The translations under genes were made by a program, and so were the position numbers. The notes beneath the pieces were generated by a model. The model did no database searches. It was not told the DNA's origin and saw only the letters and a list, made by a program, of their open reading frames with translations. A stretch of DNA of 39,229 nt, taken from the NCBI GenBank assembly GCA_048881705.1, contig JBHLSH010000031.1:1-39229 (forward strand). The letters run 5' to 3'. The stretch's first letter is position 1; every line of letters starts with the position of its first letter. The DNA is from Candidatus Heimdallarchaeota archaeon. Lineage in GTDB: Archaea > Asgardarchaeota > Heimdallarchaeia > Hodarchaeales > Hodarchaeaceae. Below are positions 36,967-39,229 of the stretch, piece after piece.

Positions 36967-37686
36967 TCATTGTCCGAAAAATAATCGTTCAGCCAAGCGG
37001 ATCGGCAGTCCGACTCTTTGGATTTCTCGGGCCACTTCTCTGATATCATATTTCACCCGAATCCATTCGAAATTAAGCTCAGAATCAGTACTAATCTCAA
37101 CGATACCTACTGAGGCGCGAGGATCGTTATCTCGTGGCTGGCCCACCGATCCTGGATTAAAGATAACCTTCCCCGTTTTTTCGCTTTGATATAGGAAGGG
37201 GATATGAGTATGTCCTACCATCATGACATGATTTACACCGATCATCCCTAAAAGTTCATCTTTACGTTCCGTGGAGTCCTCTGGATATATGTAATCACTC
37301 AAATAGTCTTTAGGGGATGCATGCGTTAAATAGAACTTAACTCCGTGTTCTTCTATTTCAAGATATTCATTTTTAGCGAGAATCGAAAGGAATGTTTTGT
37401 TTCGGGTTGACAATTCATCAAAGGTCCAAAGGACTGCCTTTTTGGCCGCACGATTGAAACCCTGTGCATTCCCCGCCGCACAAGCCACGTCGTGGTTGCC
37501 TATAACATTGAGAGCGAACCCTTCTGCAATCTTACAAAGTTCATTTGGCCAAGGCCCATATCCGACAATATCGCCCAAACAAATGACGTGATCTATGTTT
37601 TTACCATATCGAGACGTAATTTCCTCATGAACAGCCACATATGCGGGCAGATTTGCATGAAGGTCTGCGACTAACATAATTCGCAT
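36967..37686 (-). CDS. Calcineurin-like metallophosphoesterase
   Basis: ADLHAN, LGDIVGYG, GNHD, THASP, GHTHIP and NPGSVGQPRD. The start is uncertain (ATG 37686 up to 37782). Confidence 0.88.
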   Translation of the reverse strand: MRIMLVADLHANLPAYVAVHEEITSRYGKNIDHVICLGDIVGYGPWPNELCKIAEGFALNVIGNHDVACAAGNAQGFNRAAKKAVLWTFDELSTRNKTFLSILAKNEYLEIEEHGVKFYLTHASPKDYLSDYIYPEDSTERKDELLGMIGVNHVMMVGHTHIPFLYQSEKTGKVIFNPGSVGQPRDNDPRASVGIVEISTDSELNFEWIRVKYDIREVAREIQRVGLPIRLAERLFFGQ

Positions 37687-37885
37687 GGGTCTTGTTGCCA
37701 CGTAGGTTCGCCTTTTGTTATGCCAACGCGCCTGTAAATTGCTATGTTCTGCACACAAGGATTTACTGTAAATTGGAAACAATCGGAGGAGGATTTTTTA
37801 GTTTCTGTTCCCTCCATCGGAGAAGAACTAGCTAGTTCTAGAAGAGAGATAATAAGAAAAAAAAGAGTAATAGGAATTAGATTCC

Positions 37886-38551
37886 TTATTCTGAGCGAAG
37901 AATATGAATTTCGAGTTCTTTTTCCGTCATTGGCTCCTTCTTAGTCAAAGCATTGGAAACAATCTCTAGAACTAGCTTTTTTGCGGATTCAACATCGAGA
38001 TCGCGTTTGTACTCTTTTCGCAACGAATCAATGACACGCTCATTACCGCTTCCGGCCGCATATGCGTTGACTGCAAAATATGATCCACCATTATCCACAA
38101 AGAATAGTTCAGCAGCCTTGCTTACGGGATTAAAGCCCGCAAGGAGAAGTGCGGTTCCAAATGGCCGTAGTCCACCTTGTATGGTGTGACGTGCCATCAA
38201 ATCTCCTAATCGTTGGGCTAACGCCCTTACAGAAATTTTTTCCCCGTAAATAAGACGATGTTGCTGTGCCACCAATCGAGATTGGCCAATCAAGAGATTA
38301 GAGTCCGTTGACAGCCCAGATGCAACCAGAAAGAGATTTACATCTATCTCTTGAATTTTGTCGGGTCTGACCACCAATGGGTCAAAAAGCGTTTCTCCAG
38401 CCAAAAGGATTGTAGAATCATCCAGTATCATCCCTACAGCTGCGGCGCCTCTTTCAGAGGCTTTCCGTGCATATGAGAGTTGGACCAACTCACCATCTGG
38501 ACTCCAAATAGCTGCACTTCGATCATATTGACTTCTAATGTCACCATACAT
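37886..38551 (-). CDS. psmA: 20S proteasome alpha-type subunit (divergent)
   Basis: YDRS..IWSPDG.L.Q..YA.KA..RG, KIQEID, ASGL..D, GGLRPFG.ALL.AG and A.A.GSG. Confidence 0.85.
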   Translation of the reverse strand: MYGDIRSQYDRSAAIWSPDGELVQLSYARKASERGAAAVGMILDDSTILLAGETLFDPLVVRPDKIQEIDVNLFLVASGLSTDSNLLIGQSRLVAQQHRLIYGEKISVRALAQRLGDLMARHTIQGGLRPFGTALLLAGFNPVSKAAELFFVDNGGSYFAVNAYAAGSGNERVIDSLRKEYKRDLDVESAKKLVLEIVSNALTKKEPMTEKELEIHILRSE

Positions 38552-38563
38552 GTTAAATTCACC

Positions 38564-39217
38564 TCAGAGATCGATACTAATGATTTCAGCTTTTTCTTTC
38601 TTTGTACTGAAAATCAATCCATCAATTCCATTACCAGTTGCATTGTCACGTGCTATTGACGCCTTCAATGCCGTAACCGCCAAATCCTTTGCTTCATCTT
38701 TGGTAAGCCCTGGCTTCCATTGGACTTCCATGACACCCATTGCTATCATCATGCCGCTTCCGACGGCAAAAAAATCTTCTTCTGAAAGCGACCCAGCTGG
38801 TCCGAGATTATATACGTGTGAACCCCTCCGATCAACACCGGTTACAAGTAGTTGAACCCACCAAGGCTGATACCTTCGATATCCGCCGTGCAAAATTGTT
38901 GCCAGTAAACTTCCAGCAACTTTCACACTTGGATCAAAATTATTCTCAAGCTTGTACAAACGGAGTTCACTTTTCATAAGATCTACCAATGCCTGAGCAT
39001 CAGAAACTAGTCCTGCGGTTCCCAATCCTGTATAATCATTGAGAAGATATACTTTTTGCGCCTTTTTACTTCCTACGAATGTACCCATTGAAGCCCGACG
39101 ATCTGATACAATAATGGAGCCATCAGAGTACTTTAATGCAAGGGCCGTTGTACCTTTCATAGGAGGAAGCTGATTACTGTTATCGATCTGTAAATTAGAG
39201 GGAAAATTCAAAATCAT
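38564..39217 (-). CDS. psmB: 20S proteasome beta-type subunit
   Basis: 22-residue propeptide then G|TTAL (Thr1), SDRRAS (Asp17), AQKV (Lys33), AGLVSDAQ, AVGSG and RD..TG; AGGAG SD upstream. Confidence 0.92.
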   Translation of the reverse strand: MILNFPSNLQIDNSNQLPPMKGTTALALKYSDGSIIVSDRRASMGTFVGSKKAQKVYLLNDYTGLGTAGLVSDAQALVDLMKSELRLYKLENNFDPSVKVAGSLLATILHGGYRRYQPWWVQLLVTGVDRRGSHVYNLGPAGSLSEEDFFAVGSGMMIAMGVMEVQWKPGLTKDEAKDLAVTALKASIARDNATGNGIDGLIFSTKKEKAEIISIDL

Positions 39218-39229
39218 TCCGACTCCTAA

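Noticed and set aside
1-39229. CRISPR arrays, rRNA, transposases/IS ends, selenocysteine read-through
   Set aside because: No regularly spaced repeats, rRNA signatures, transposase motifs, or TGA aligned to a catalytic Cys were seen by eye.

Overview
Archaeal chromosomal window, very likely from an Asgard archaeon (Heimdallarchaeia/Hodarchaeales-like; inferred from gene content, not from a search). Supporting genes are an ESCRT-II EAP30-domain protein, a Rab-like small GTPase, eS25, eS17, Rpo6, a histone, tandem thermosome subunits, DGGGP synthase and 20S proteasome subunits. The first ~18 kb is accessory or metabolic: LigB-like dioxygenase plus saccharopine-dehydrogenase family, transglutaminase, DUF4332, AKR, two decayed genes (MFS, arginase), a zinc-finger GTPase with degenerate G-motifs, an HTH-bPH2-bPH2 operon, carbamate kinase, a TrmB/arsM pair, peroxiredoxin, a PLD-LTD surface protein and an orphan N6-MTase. 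The rest is mostly housekeeping. The ORF track missed two genes: a B12-binding radical-SAM N-terminus at 1-166, and eS17, whose only plausible start is ACG. The most interesting candidates are (1) a Cys-tailed TrmB regulator divergent from arsM with a palindromic operator, possibly a non-ArsR arsenic sensor, (2) a GluRS-N-terminal-domain/nucleotidyltransferase fusion, (3) the Zn-finger pseudo-GTPase, (4) a stand-alone ESCRT-II gene, (5) an AGPS-like/GlpD lipid pair, (6) an unidentified structured RNA-like element between the histone and thermosome genes, and (7) a linked, divergent proteasome beta-alpha pair. No rRNA, tRNA, CRISPR array or transposase was found. All family calls come from motif recognition by eye.
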